Made by a program: the position numbers and the translations under genes. DNA of 64,000 nt from Anaerolineae bacterium (GTDB lineage Bacteria; Chloroflexota; Anaerolineae; B4-G1). Positions 40,668 to 49,116 of the stretch are shown here, piece after piece; within the stretch, counting starts at the first letter, position 1; every line of letters starts with the position of its first letter. The DNA is taken from positions 7,315 through 71,314 of the forward strand of contig JAWLCP010000003.1 of the NCBI GenBank assembly GCA_041687115.1. The letters are read 5' to 3'. The notes beneath the pieces are model-generated. The model made no database searches and was not told where the DNA came from. It worked only from the letters and a program-made list of their open reading frames with translations.

Positions 40668-41438
40668 TCAGTGAGCATCCTCGGACTCGATCATCTGGGC
40701 GAAGGCTCCATGCCAAGTGTGGTACCAGACCTGCCCCGTGGTCCCGTGGACGCTGAGCATACCCTCGATCTCGCCGTCCTCCAGCGTGTGAACGGTGTAG
40801 TAGCCATAGAAGGGAACGGCGTGCTCCTCCACCGTGACCCCGGGGCGGTTGGCGTCCAGCCAGCGTTGGGCGATCGCCAGCGCCTCCGCGTCTGAGATCG
40901 CGTTACGCCCGCTGGAGCCACCCATCATGGTGCCTCGCCCGCGCATGCCGTAGCGGGCGTTCCACATCATGTTGGGGCCCATCTCCGGGCCGACCGCGCC
41001 GGTCCCCTTATCCAGGAGCAACTCCATGGCGCCGATGCCCGTGTCGGGTTCCCGGGCGATGGCATAGAAGTTGAGCTCGAATTCCATCACTTCGACCACC
41101 TCGAGCTGGTCGTAGCCCACCGAGGCTAGATAGCGCTTCACGTCCTCGTGGGCCTCGTCGATGGTCAGCAGACCCGGGGGCTCCAATTGCCGACCTGCGT
41201 CGTCTACGCACGCCGGGCCCCGGGGGGTGCCCCAGGGTGTGGCCCGACCGGGCATCATGGCAGGTCCTCTGCCGGACTCCCACTCACAGTCCTGCGTGGC
41301 GGACCCTGTGCCGAGCGCGTAGGAGGGCGCGGCGGCCCAAAGCTGGCGGCCCCACAGCGCCCAACCCGCGGTCAGGCCGGCTACGACGAGCGCCACCACC
41401 ACAAAAATTCCCAGACCGATCCAGAGCGTTGTTCTCAT
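40668..41438 (-). CDS. Hypothetical membrane-anchored periplasmic protein (PepSY-like repeats).
   Basis: N-terminal TM. Two PepSY-like segments, including AEALAIAQRWL...GYYTVH. Confidence 0.5.
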   Translation of the reverse strand: MRTTLWIGLGIFVVVALVVAGLTAGWALWGRQLWAAAPSYALGTGSATQDCEWESGRGPAMMPGRATPWGTPRGPACVDDAGRQLEPPGLLTIDEAHEDVKRYLASVGYDQLEVVEVMEFELNFYAIAREPDTGIGAMELLLDKGTGAVGPEMGPNMMWNARYGMRGRGTMMGGSSGRNAISDAEALAIAQRWLDANRPGVTVEEHAVPFYGYYTVHTLEDGEIEGMLSVHGTTGQVWYHTWHGAFAQMIESEDAH

Positions 41439-41650
41439 GTCCCCTCCTCATACTCCCTCCCTGACTCGACGGCGTTTCGCTGAAGCTCGGCCAACACCTG
41501 ATATCTGGCTCCGTGCTCTGCGATTGGCGCGGTCACGTCTGGCGCCGTCGAGGCTCAGGTAAAACTCTCCCAATACTGTGCTTTGAGTGTACCACGCACG
41601 GTGGGCGTCGGGGAGCGCTGTTTGGCGGGGGGGCGTGAGGGAGAAACGGC

Positions 41651-43108
41651 CTATGTTGCGGGCGAGGGCGTAGCCTCTCCAGGCTGGGCCGGGAGACGGA
41701 CGGTGATGCGCGTCCCCTCGCTCGGCGCAGTGCGGACGTGGAATGAGCCTCTAAGCAGCGTGGCCCGCTCCCGCATCCCCATGAGCCCAAAGTGCCCGGC
41801 CTGGGTGAGGACGTCGGGACGCGGCGGGAGGTCGAACCCCACACCGTCGTCGACCACGGACAGGACGATCCCCCCGGCAGTGGAGCGCACATGCACGGTG
41901 ATGGTCTCCGCATGGGCGTGCTCGACGGCGTTGTTGAGCGCCTCCTGGGCGATGCGGTAGGCGGCGAGCTCGACGGCAGGGGCGAGGCGCTGGTAGTCGG
42001 CTTCCTTCTCCAGATGCAGCCGGGCCTGGGTTCGGTCGGCGGCCTGGCGCACCAGCATCTCCACCGCGGGGACGAAGCCCAGATCCTCCAGGTAGGGCGG
42101 GCGGAGTGCGCCTATGATGCGGCGGAGCTCCTCCACCGTCTCCCGCTCGGCGCGGCGAAGGTCGGCCATTAAGGAGCGCGCCTGTTCCGTCTGGTCCCGC
42201 TCGATCAGATGTTGAGCGCTCTCGGCCCGATGCCCGAGAGCGATGAGATCCTGGACGGGTCCGTCGTGGAGCTCGCGGGCCAGGCGGGCCCGCTCCGCCT
42301 CCTGGCCCTCGGTGAGGGCGGTCAGATAGTCGCGCACGCCGGCCTGGTAGCCGCGAATGCGCTCCGCCATGTCCGCCAGGGCGCGGTGGAGGTCCTGGAT
42401 TTCCTGAACGCCCATGGCGAGGCGACCCTCAGCCCCGCCGGTAGCCATAGACGAGAGATCGCCCCACGATACCTGCTCCGCCGCGTCGGCGAGAGCCCGC
42501 AGAGGACGTATGATCGTGCGCCAGCCAAATGTGAGGATTAGGATGGATACGACGGCGGCGCCAACGGCCGCGGCAGGGGCGAGGCTAGAGAGTCGGAGGA
42601 TGGGCCCGACGATCTCATCGACTGGCTCCTGGATGAGTACTTGCCAGTCGGTCCCCATGACCGGGGCGAAGGCGACGAGGACCGGCCCACGGAGTTCGGT
42701 GTTGACGATGACGAATCCGTCGCGCTGCTGGAGGGCCTGGATGATCCCCTCCCCGGCGGTCAGGTCGGGTTCTTCCTGACCCGCGGAACGGGTGAGGATC
42801 TCCCGTGTGTCGCTGACGACGATGAGGGAGGCTGTTCGGGGCTGGTCCTCGAAGACGGGCGGGATGTGGGCAGAAAGCCCCTCTCCGTCGGGGCTGATCA
42901 CGCCGTGGGCAAGTCCGTCCTCGATGCTGCGGGCGACTAGGCGGGCCAGGGAGAGGTCGCGGTCGGCGACGAAGTCCCGCATGGCGCGCTGGTGTGCGTA
43001 GACACCGGTGAAGGCGAGGGCGATGATGAGCAGGGTGATGGGCAACACTGCCCACAAGAACAGTTGGAACTGGAGGCTGCGGAGGAGGCGAACAACAGAG
43101 CGTCTCAT
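41651..43108 (-). CDS. Two-component sensor histidine kinase (NarX/LiaS-type, HisKA_3 + HATPase).
   Basis: N-terminal TM/sensor. HisKA_3 box ERARLARELHDGPVQDL. HATPase_c motifs. Confidence 0.85.
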   Translation of the reverse strand: MRRSVVRLLRSLQFQLFLWAVLPITLLIIALAFTGVYAHQRAMRDFVADRDLSLARLVARSIEDGLAHGVISPDGEGLSAHIPPVFEDQPRTASLIVVSDTREILTRSAGQEEPDLTAGEGIIQALQQRDGFVIVNTELRGPVLVAFAPVMGTDWQVLIQEPVDEIVGPILRLSSLAPAAAVGAAVVSILILTFGWRTIIRPLRALADAAEQVSWGDLSSMATGGAEGRLAMGVQEIQDLHRALADMAERIRGYQAGVRDYLTALTEGQEAERARLARELHDGPVQDLIALGHRAESAQHLIERDQTEQARSLMADLRRAERETVEELRRIIGALRPPYLEDLGFVPAVEMLVRQAADRTQARLHLEKEADYQRLAPAVELAAYRIAQEALNNAVEHAHAETITVHVRSTAGGIVLSVVDDGVGFDLPPRPDVLTQAGHFGLMGMRERATLLRGSFHVRTAPSEGTRITVRLPAQPGEATPSPAT

Positions 43109-43130
43109 GGTAGATGACCCGCGTGTTGCC

Positions 43131-43787
43131 CTACTCAACGACGATCCAGCCGCGTTTGAGCGCCTCGGTGACAGCCTCTGTGCGGCTGCTGGCGCCGAGT
43201 TTCCCGTAGATGCTGGCCAGGTGGCCTTGGACCGTGCGGTGGCTAATGCCGAGTTCCCGGCCTACCTCGCGGTTGGTCATACCCCTGGCGACGAGACGCA
43301 GGACGTCGATCTCCCGGGGAGTGAGGGGTTCGATCTGGTCGGCAGCGCCCTCGGGGCGATGGTCCGTCGCCTGACGCACAACCTTCGTGGCGACCTCCGG
43401 GCTGAGGGCAGACTCGCCGCGGTGAACCGTGCGGACGGCGTCGACCAGCTGGTCGGCGCTGGCGGTCTTGAGGACATAGCCGTCGGCACCGGCCTCCAGG
43501 AGGGCGAAGACGTAGGGGTCATCGTCGTAGGCGGTCAGGATGAGGACGCGGGTGTCCGGGAAGCCGGCCTTGATCCGACGCGTGGCCTCAACACCGGTGA
43601 CCTCGGGCATGCGGATGTCGAGGACGGCCACGTCGGGGTGGTGGTCCTCGACGAGGCGGATAGCCTCTTTGCCGTTGGAGGCCTCGGCGACGACGTCGAT
43701 GGCGGGATCGTCCTCCAGGAAGCGGCGGATGCCCTGACGGACGACGGCGTGGTCATCGGCTAGGACGACGCGAATCTGTTTGGCCAT
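43131..43787 (-). CDS. NarL/LuxR-family response regulator.
   Basis: REC domain with IRVVLADDH and VAVLDIRMP. C-terminal LuxR HTH LTPREIDVLRLVARGMTNREVG. GGAGG RBS. Confidence 0.88.
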   Translation of the reverse strand: MAKQIRVVLADDHAVVRQGIRRFLEDDPAIDVVAEASNGKEAIRLVEDHHPDVAVLDIRMPEVTGVEATRRIKAGFPDTRVLILTAYDDDPYVFALLEAGADGYVLKTASADQLVDAVRTVHRGESALSPEVATKVVRQATDHRPEGAADQIEPLTPREIDVLRLVARGMTNREVGRELGISHRTVQGHLASIYGKLGASSRTEAVTEALKRGWIVVE

Positions 43788-43812
43788 GGAAGGACCTCCG
43801 ATCGGGGCTCGC

Positions 43813-44304
43813 TCATACAATACGGTCGGCGACCTCGGCCAGGAGCCCGGCGATGGGCGGCACGAGGAAGGTAACGGAGTACCGGATGAGGGCGGGGCGG
43901 GGATCGATGAGGGCCATCTCGACCGGGAGACGGGAAACAGACCAGAGGGCCCACGCGGTGACGAAGCCGACCACGGCGCCGATACTGGCGCCAGCCTGGT
44001 AGAGAGAGGCGACGATGGGAAAGGTGGCGTATGGGGCGCCAGGGACCAACCCGCCGACGACGCAGCCGATGAGGATTCCCTTGACCCCGGCGCGGTTGCC
44101 CAACCAACGGGAGATGAGCTCCCTGGGGACGAGCACCTGGACGAGGCCGGCCAGGACGAAGCCGACGATGAGAAGGAGCAGGTTGCGGCGCACGGTGTTC
44201 CAGGCAGCCAACAGGCCGTCCATGGCCACATTCTTCCCCTGCCGGAGCGCGATGAAGAACAGGGCGGCGGCGACGATGGTCAGGACGACGGTCGTGGTGT
44301 CCAC
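43813..44304 (-). CDS. Small polytopic membrane protein, putative (half-)permease, first gene of the RR-HK operon.
   Basis: Multiple TM segments. GTG start with strong GGAGGAGG RBS; the ORF track gives a longer version to 44334. Confidence 0.5.
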   Translation of the reverse strand: MDTTTVVLTIVAAALFFIALRQGKNVAMDGLLAAWNTVRRNLLLLIVGFVLAGLVQVLVPRELISRWLGNRAGVKGILIGCVVGGLVPGAPYATFPIVASLYQAGASIGAVVGFVTAWALWSVSRLPVEMALIDPRPALIRYSVTFLVPPIAGLLAEVADRIV

Positions 44305-44457
44305 TGAATTGCCTCCTCCGCGTTTGGGTGTCATGTCGGTTCTCTCAGTATCGCGTTTTGTCTAGCTGCAGCGGGGTTGGGCGACGTCAGACGGTCAATG
44401 TATCCATTGTAGCCTCACTCGGGCTTCTGCGCCAGTGGTCCGAGCGAGGGGATAACG

Positions 44458-44475
44458 TGTGGCACCTGTGGCACC
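44458..44475 (+). repeat. Perfect tandem direct repeat TGTGGCACC x2 in the promoter region of the permease-RR-HK operon.
   Basis: Seen directly: tgtggcacctgtggcacc. Located ~125-155 nt upstream of the operon start on the minus strand. Confidence 0.5.
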
Positions 44476-45069
44476 CTGGGTAGAACCGAGGTGCTGGATT
44501 GATGGGAGCCCCGCCCTCGGGGCGACTAGGGCCGACGACGAGTTGCCTCGTCGGCCTGGGCGGTCCCGAGGGCGGAGCCGGTACCGGGTGTTACCGGCTC
44601 GTCTAGCCGCTGTGGAGTGCCAGAGCGGTCCATAGGGCGCCGGCGAGGTCAAGGACTCCGAGCAGCAGCATTGGTTGAGCCAGGCCAGCGAGCACCATCA
44701 CGGCGGTGCAGATCGGGAAGACGACCCGGCCCAGCGGCAGAAGGTCGTTAGTCGGTTCCTGGCCGCCTGGACGTGGTAATAGCCGACGATGATGACGAGC
44801 GATGCCATCACGCGGATCCAGGGTTCAGTGGTGGGCTGGAAGCCCAGGATTGTGAGCGGGAAGGGTGGGAGCCTCACCGATGCGAACGCGGCTCTGAACG
44901 CGGCCTTGTCTGGGAAGGTTTCGGTGCGCCGCCGGCGAGCCAGTCGGCGCCAAGGCCGGTGTGTCGGAGGACTCGTAGGCCACCTGGGGTGTCAGCCGCG
45001 CAGATGAGGCCGTCCTCGACGATAGGGGCACGGATATCTGCTTCGGGTAACTGCATCGTCGAGCCTCGG

Positions 45070-46704
45070 TCACTCGCCTATTGCATTGGGCACGGGACCC
45101 TCGGTGTCGTCGAAGCTGGCGAAGTGTTCAGTCTCTGCATCCTCTCGGTAGTGAGCTCCCCGAGATTGCCGGTTGTGCCACGCGGCGTTGGTGACGATCC
45201 AGGCAACCTGGGCCATGTTTCGCAGACCGATAAGGCCATCGTCCAGGCGTGTTGCGCGATAGAAGTTGTCGATCACGCCCCACAGATGATCCAGCTCGTT
45301 CAACGCGCGGGCCAGGCGGTGCGTGTTCCGTGCCAGACCGACGTAGAGCCACATGATGTTCTGGATGGCATGGGTGTCCCGCGTGACGAGCACTGGGTCG
45401 GCAGCAGCGTTGTCGTTGGGCGGCTCCCAGGGCGGGATCGTGTTGGCATCGACAGGGCGGAGGTCGGTGCGTGACGCGATGTCCTGACCAGCCCGTTGCC
45501 CCCAGAGCAGCCCTTCCAGCAAAGACGTGCTGGCTAGCCGGTTGGCACCGTGGACCCCGGTGCAGCTCACCTCTCCCACGGCGTAGAGCCCGTGCAGGGT
45601 AGTGCGGCCCACGGCATCTACGTGGACTCCACCGCAGAAGTAGTGGGCGGCGGGGACGACAGGGATAGGCTCTGCAGTGATGTCGACGCCAGCGTCCATA
45701 CAGGCCTGGTAGATGGTGGGGAAACGGTCCTGGATCTCCTGCGCTGTCATGGCAGAGGCTAGGTCGAGACACACGTGGGGGTAGCGGTGATCCAGCATCT
45801 CGTGGTGGATGGCGCGCGCCACCACGTCGCGGGGGGCCAGGTCACCCCATTCCGGCGCGTAGTCGTCCATGAAATGGCGGCCGTCGGGCGTGTATAGCCG
45901 TCCTCCCTCGCCGCGCAGCGCCTCCGAGATGAGGAAGTTGTCCGCCCCCGGCACGGCCAACGTCGTGGGATGGAACTGGACGAACTCGGCGTTGATGACA
46001 CGGGCGCCCGCCCGGTAAGCCATGGCCAGACCGTCGCCGCGGGCTCCCTTAGGGTTGCTGGTGTGCTGATAGATCTGGCCGACGCCGCCGGTGGCTAGCA
46101 CTGTGGCCGGCGCGAGGAAGCGGTGGATCTCCCCGGAATCCCGATCGAGGACGTATGCGCCGTGGCACGTGATCGGCGCGTAGACGGCGTGGAGATCCTG
46201 GCTGTGGTGCGAAGAGGTGATGAGATCCACGGCCGTCAGGCCCGCGAGGAGGGCGACATTGGGCAGCGCCTGCAGCTGATCGATGAGCGCGGATTCGATG
46301 GCGCGGCCTGTTGCGTCGCCCACGTGGAGGATGCGAGAGACGCGGTGTCCACCCTCTCGGGTGTAGGAAAGGCTGCCGTCGGCCTCCCGATCGAAGGGGA
46401 CGGCCAGATCCTCCAGCAACACTCGCTCGACCAGCGGCGGCCCTTCCTCTGCGAGGAGCCGAGCCGCCCTCGGCAGGCTGAGGCCAGCGCCAGCTCTGAG
46501 TATGTCCTGTTCGAGCAGCTGAGTGCTGTCGCCGGGTCCGCGGGCCACGATGCCGCCCTGGGCGTAGCGGGTGTTTGACTCCTCCGGATTCCGCGCCCGT
46601 GTGATGACCGTGACGTGACGTTCCTGATCCTGAGCGAGCTGCAGGGCGGTGGCTGCCCCGGAGATTCCGGAGCCGATGACGAGGACGTCAGTCTCGGCGG
46701 TCAT
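45070..46704 (-). CDS. nadB: L-aspartate oxidase NadB.
   Basis: VLVIGSGISGAATA FAD motif. RYAQGGIVA. Succinate-DH/fumarate-reductase flavoprotein fold. Confidence 0.9.
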   Translation of the reverse strand: MTAETDVLVIGSGISGAATALQLAQDQERHVTVITRARNPEESNTRYAQGGIVARGPGDSTQLLEQDILRAGAGLSLPRAARLLAEEGPPLVERVLLEDLAVPFDREADGSLSYTREGGHRVSRILHVGDATGRAIESALIDQLQALPNVALLAGLTAVDLITSSHHSQDLHAVYAPITCHGAYVLDRDSGEIHRFLAPATVLATGGVGQIYQHTSNPKGARGDGLAMAYRAGARVINAEFVQFHPTTLAVPGADNFLISEALRGEGGRLYTPDGRHFMDDYAPEWGDLAPRDVVARAIHHEMLDHRYPHVCLDLASAMTAQEIQDRFPTIYQACMDAGVDITAEPIPVVPAAHYFCGGVHVDAVGRTTLHGLYAVGEVSCTGVHGANRLASTSLLEGLLWGQRAGQDIASRTDLRPVDANTIPPWEPPNDNAAADPVLVTRDTHAIQNIMWLYVGLARNTHRLARALNELDHLWGVIDNFYRATRLDDGLIGLRNMAQVAWIVTNAAWHNRQSRGAHYREDAETEHFASFDDTEGPVPNAIGE

Positions 46705-46730
46705 GGTGTGTCCTTCAGTGGGATCCAGTG

Positions 46731-48641
46731 TCACAACGCCAGCATCCGTTTCAGAGCCACTCTGGCCCATCTCGCCGTCTCCTCGTCGACGGTGACTTCG
46801 TTGTGCAGCTTGCCGTGCGTCAGACCGTCCAGGACCGCGGCCAGATTCTCCAGGGTGATCCGGGTCATGGTGGCGCAGTAGGGCGGAACGTCGGCCAGCG
46901 GGACGACGGTCTGGTCGGGATGCTCGCTCTGCAGGCGCTGGACCAGGCGGGTCTCGGTCCCGACGGCCCAGATCGTGCCGGGCGGTCCCGCGGCGACCTG
47001 GCGGATGATGTGGGCCGTGGACCCCGCGTCGTCGGCCAGGGACACAACGTCGGCGGTGCATTCGGGATGCACGATGACGCGGGCCTGGGGGTGATGCGCC
47101 CGAAAGGTCCGAACATGCGAGGGTCGGAAGCGCTGGTGCACGTTGCAGGCGCCGGGCCAGAGGACGACCCGGGTCTCACGAAGGACCTCGTCGGTGAGGG
47201 GCCGCCCCTGATCCCAGACGGTCATCTCGGCCGGGGGAATGTCCAGCTGCGCTGCGGTGTTCCGGCCCAGGTGCTGATCGGGGAAGAAGAAGACGCGCGG
47301 TCGACGCTCGAGTGCCCAGCGGAGCACGTCTGGGGCGTTGCCGGAGGTGCACATGATGCCGCCGTACTTTCCGCAGAAAGCTTTGAGGGCAGCCGATGAG
47401 TTGACGTACGTGATGGGCGTGAACTCGCTCTCCGCATCGTCGGAGGCTGTGTCGAGCGCCTTCCAGGCGGCCTGCACGGCGCCAAGCGTCGCCGTGTCCG
47501 CCAGGTAGCAGCCGGCGCTGGGGTCGGGGATGAGCACGTGCTGCCCAGGCTGCGCCAGGATGGCGGCGACCTCTGCCATGAAGTGGACCCCGCAGAAGAC
47601 GATGTACTCGGCGTCGATGTCCGTGGCCTGCCGTGCAAGCTGCAGGGAGTCGCCACGATAATCCGCGAATTCGATGACCTCGTCTCGCTGGTAGTGATGG
47701 CCTAGAATGACGAGCCGTTGATTCAATGCTGCCTTGGCGTCCCGGATGCGCTCAACTGGGTCCGGAACGCCTGTTTCCTCCGATGGGGCTCTGACGTCCA
47801 TGCTCACGTCCAACGCACGCACCGAGTGCGTCAGTGCACCCACAGAGATGTAGTCGACACCAGCGGCCGCTATGTCCGCGACGGTATCCAGGCTGACGTT
47901 CCCGGAGGCCTCCAGAGGCACACGCCCGCCGGCCACCTCAACCGCCTTCCGCATCGTCGCCAGGCTCATGTTGTCCAGCATGATGCGATCCAAAGGCGGC
48001 GTGATGCTCAGGGCCTCGCGGAGCTCGTCTAGCGTGCGAACCTCCACTTCAATGGGGAGGTCGGGCTGAGCAGTGCGGGCCCGGGCCACGGCGGTGGTGA
48101 TGCCGCCGGCCCCCACGATGTGGTTGTCCTTGATCAGGATCATATCGAAGAGGGCCATGCGATGATTGGCGCCGCCGCCCATGCGCACCGCGTACTTGTC
48201 CAGCAGGCGATGACCGGGCACGGTCTTCCGCGTGTCCAGGATGGTGGCCTGGGTCGTGGCGACAGCATCAACGTAGGTCCGCGTGGTGGTGGCGATGCCC
48301 GACATACGCTGCAGGAAGTTGAGCGCCAGACGTTCCGCGGCGAGCAAGGAGGGCGCAGGTCCCTGGACCTCCGCGATGATCTCGCCGGCGACTACCTCCT
48401 GACCATCGTGCACGCGGGAGGCGAAACGAATCTTGGGGTTCACGTGATGGAATACGTGCTCTGCCACGCCGAGGCCGGCGATGACCCCCGCCTCCTTGGC
48501 CACGATGCAGCCGGTCAGCGACGTCTCAGGATCCAGCGTTGCCTCACTGGTCACGTCGCCGGGACCGATGTCCTCGGCAACTGCCAGCTCGATCAACGGC
48601 TCGGCAGCCCTCAGCAGCTCGTCGTTAGAAGTCCTGCCCAT
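46731..48641 (-). CDS. nadC-nadA: Apparent fusion protein: N-terminal quinolinate phosphoribosyltransferase (NadC, ~285 aa) joined in frame to quinolinate synthase (NadA, ~340 aa).
   Basis: NadC motifs: LDTRKT, IKDNH, ISVGALTHS. No stop between them. NadA motifs: VILGHHYQ, FCGVHFMAE, PDPSAGC, PGACNVHQ, HPEC. Confidence 0.75.
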   Translation of the reverse strand: MGRTSNDELLRAAEPLIELAVAEDIGPGDVTSEATLDPETSLTGCIVAKEAGVIAGLGVAEHVFHHVNPKIRFASRVHDGQEVVAGEIIAEVQGPAPSLLAAERLALNFLQRMSGIATTTRTYVDAVATTQATILDTRKTVPGHRLLDKYAVRMGGGANHRMALFDMILIKDNHIVGAGGITTAVARARTAQPDLPIEVEVRTLDELREALSITPPLDRIMLDNMSLATMRKAVEVAGGRVPLEASGNVSLDTVADIAAAGVDYISVGALTHSVRALDVSMDVRAPSEETGVPDPVERIRDAKAALNQRLVILGHHYQRDEVIEFADYRGDSLQLARQATDIDAEYIVFCGVHFMAEVAAILAQPGQHVLIPDPSAGCYLADTATLGAVQAAWKALDTASDDAESEFTPITYVNSSAALKAFCGKYGGIMCTSGNAPDVLRWALERRPRVFFFPDQHLGRNTAAQLDIPPAEMTVWDQGRPLTDEVLRETRVVLWPGACNVHQRFRPSHVRTFRAHHPQARVIVHPECTADVVSLADDAGSTAHIIRQVAAGPPGTIWAVGTETRLVQRLQSEHPDQTVVPLADVPPYCATMTRITLENLAAVLDGLTHGKLHNEVTVDEETARWARVALKRMLAL

Positions 48642-49116
48642 ACTCTAAGCTCCTTCTGGCCGTGATGATAATTACACTTGATGGATGGACTAGGCGTCAC
48701 GATACTGAACCTCAGAGGCCACGCCGTCGGTGGTGCTGCCTCTGGACCAGCAGGCTGCGGGCGAACCCTTGAGGGCCCTGAGCCGACGTCGGGTACGGCG
48801 AAGAGCCATGCGGGGCTTCAGGGTCTCGAGGTGCGGAGCCCAGACCGGGGTACCGATGTCCGGGTCAGAATCAACGAGGCGACGACAATCAAGCTGGATA
48901 CTCTGATGTCTCCCATTCTTCCACGACCTTACGTGCCAGGCCGCAGCCCCGGCAGATTTCGGCTCGCCCACGGCTCACGTCGCGATCACTCGTCATCTCT
49001 GTCCTCTTGCAGGTGGTTCCTGTTCTAGCTGAACACAAGCGATACTACACCTGCTCCGAGATGGTGTCAAATGCTGGGGCGCCGCGCACGTGCTAATGCG
49101 TTGGGGGCGTGAACGG

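Noticed and set aside
44458-44475. Sigma-54 promoter (TGGCAC -24 element).
   Set aside because: No GC/TTGC -12 element at the required 5-nt spacing. No adjacent bEBP (sigma-54 activator) gene.
44335-44760. Possible riboswitch/ncRNA (GC-rich hairpins such as ggccgacgacgagttgcctcgtcggcc) upstream of the permease operon.
   Set aside because: No match to conserved cores (B12 box, RNase P P4, SRP, tmRNA) could be recognised by eye. Would need an Rfam covariance search.
48889-48996. 35-aa minus-strand ORF MTSDRDVSRGRAEICRGCGLARKVVEEWETSEYPA with an AGAGGA RBS.
   Set aside because: It has a single CxxC only, which is not a complete zinc-ribbon, and nothing else indicates coding. Noted in a finding but not listed as a feature.
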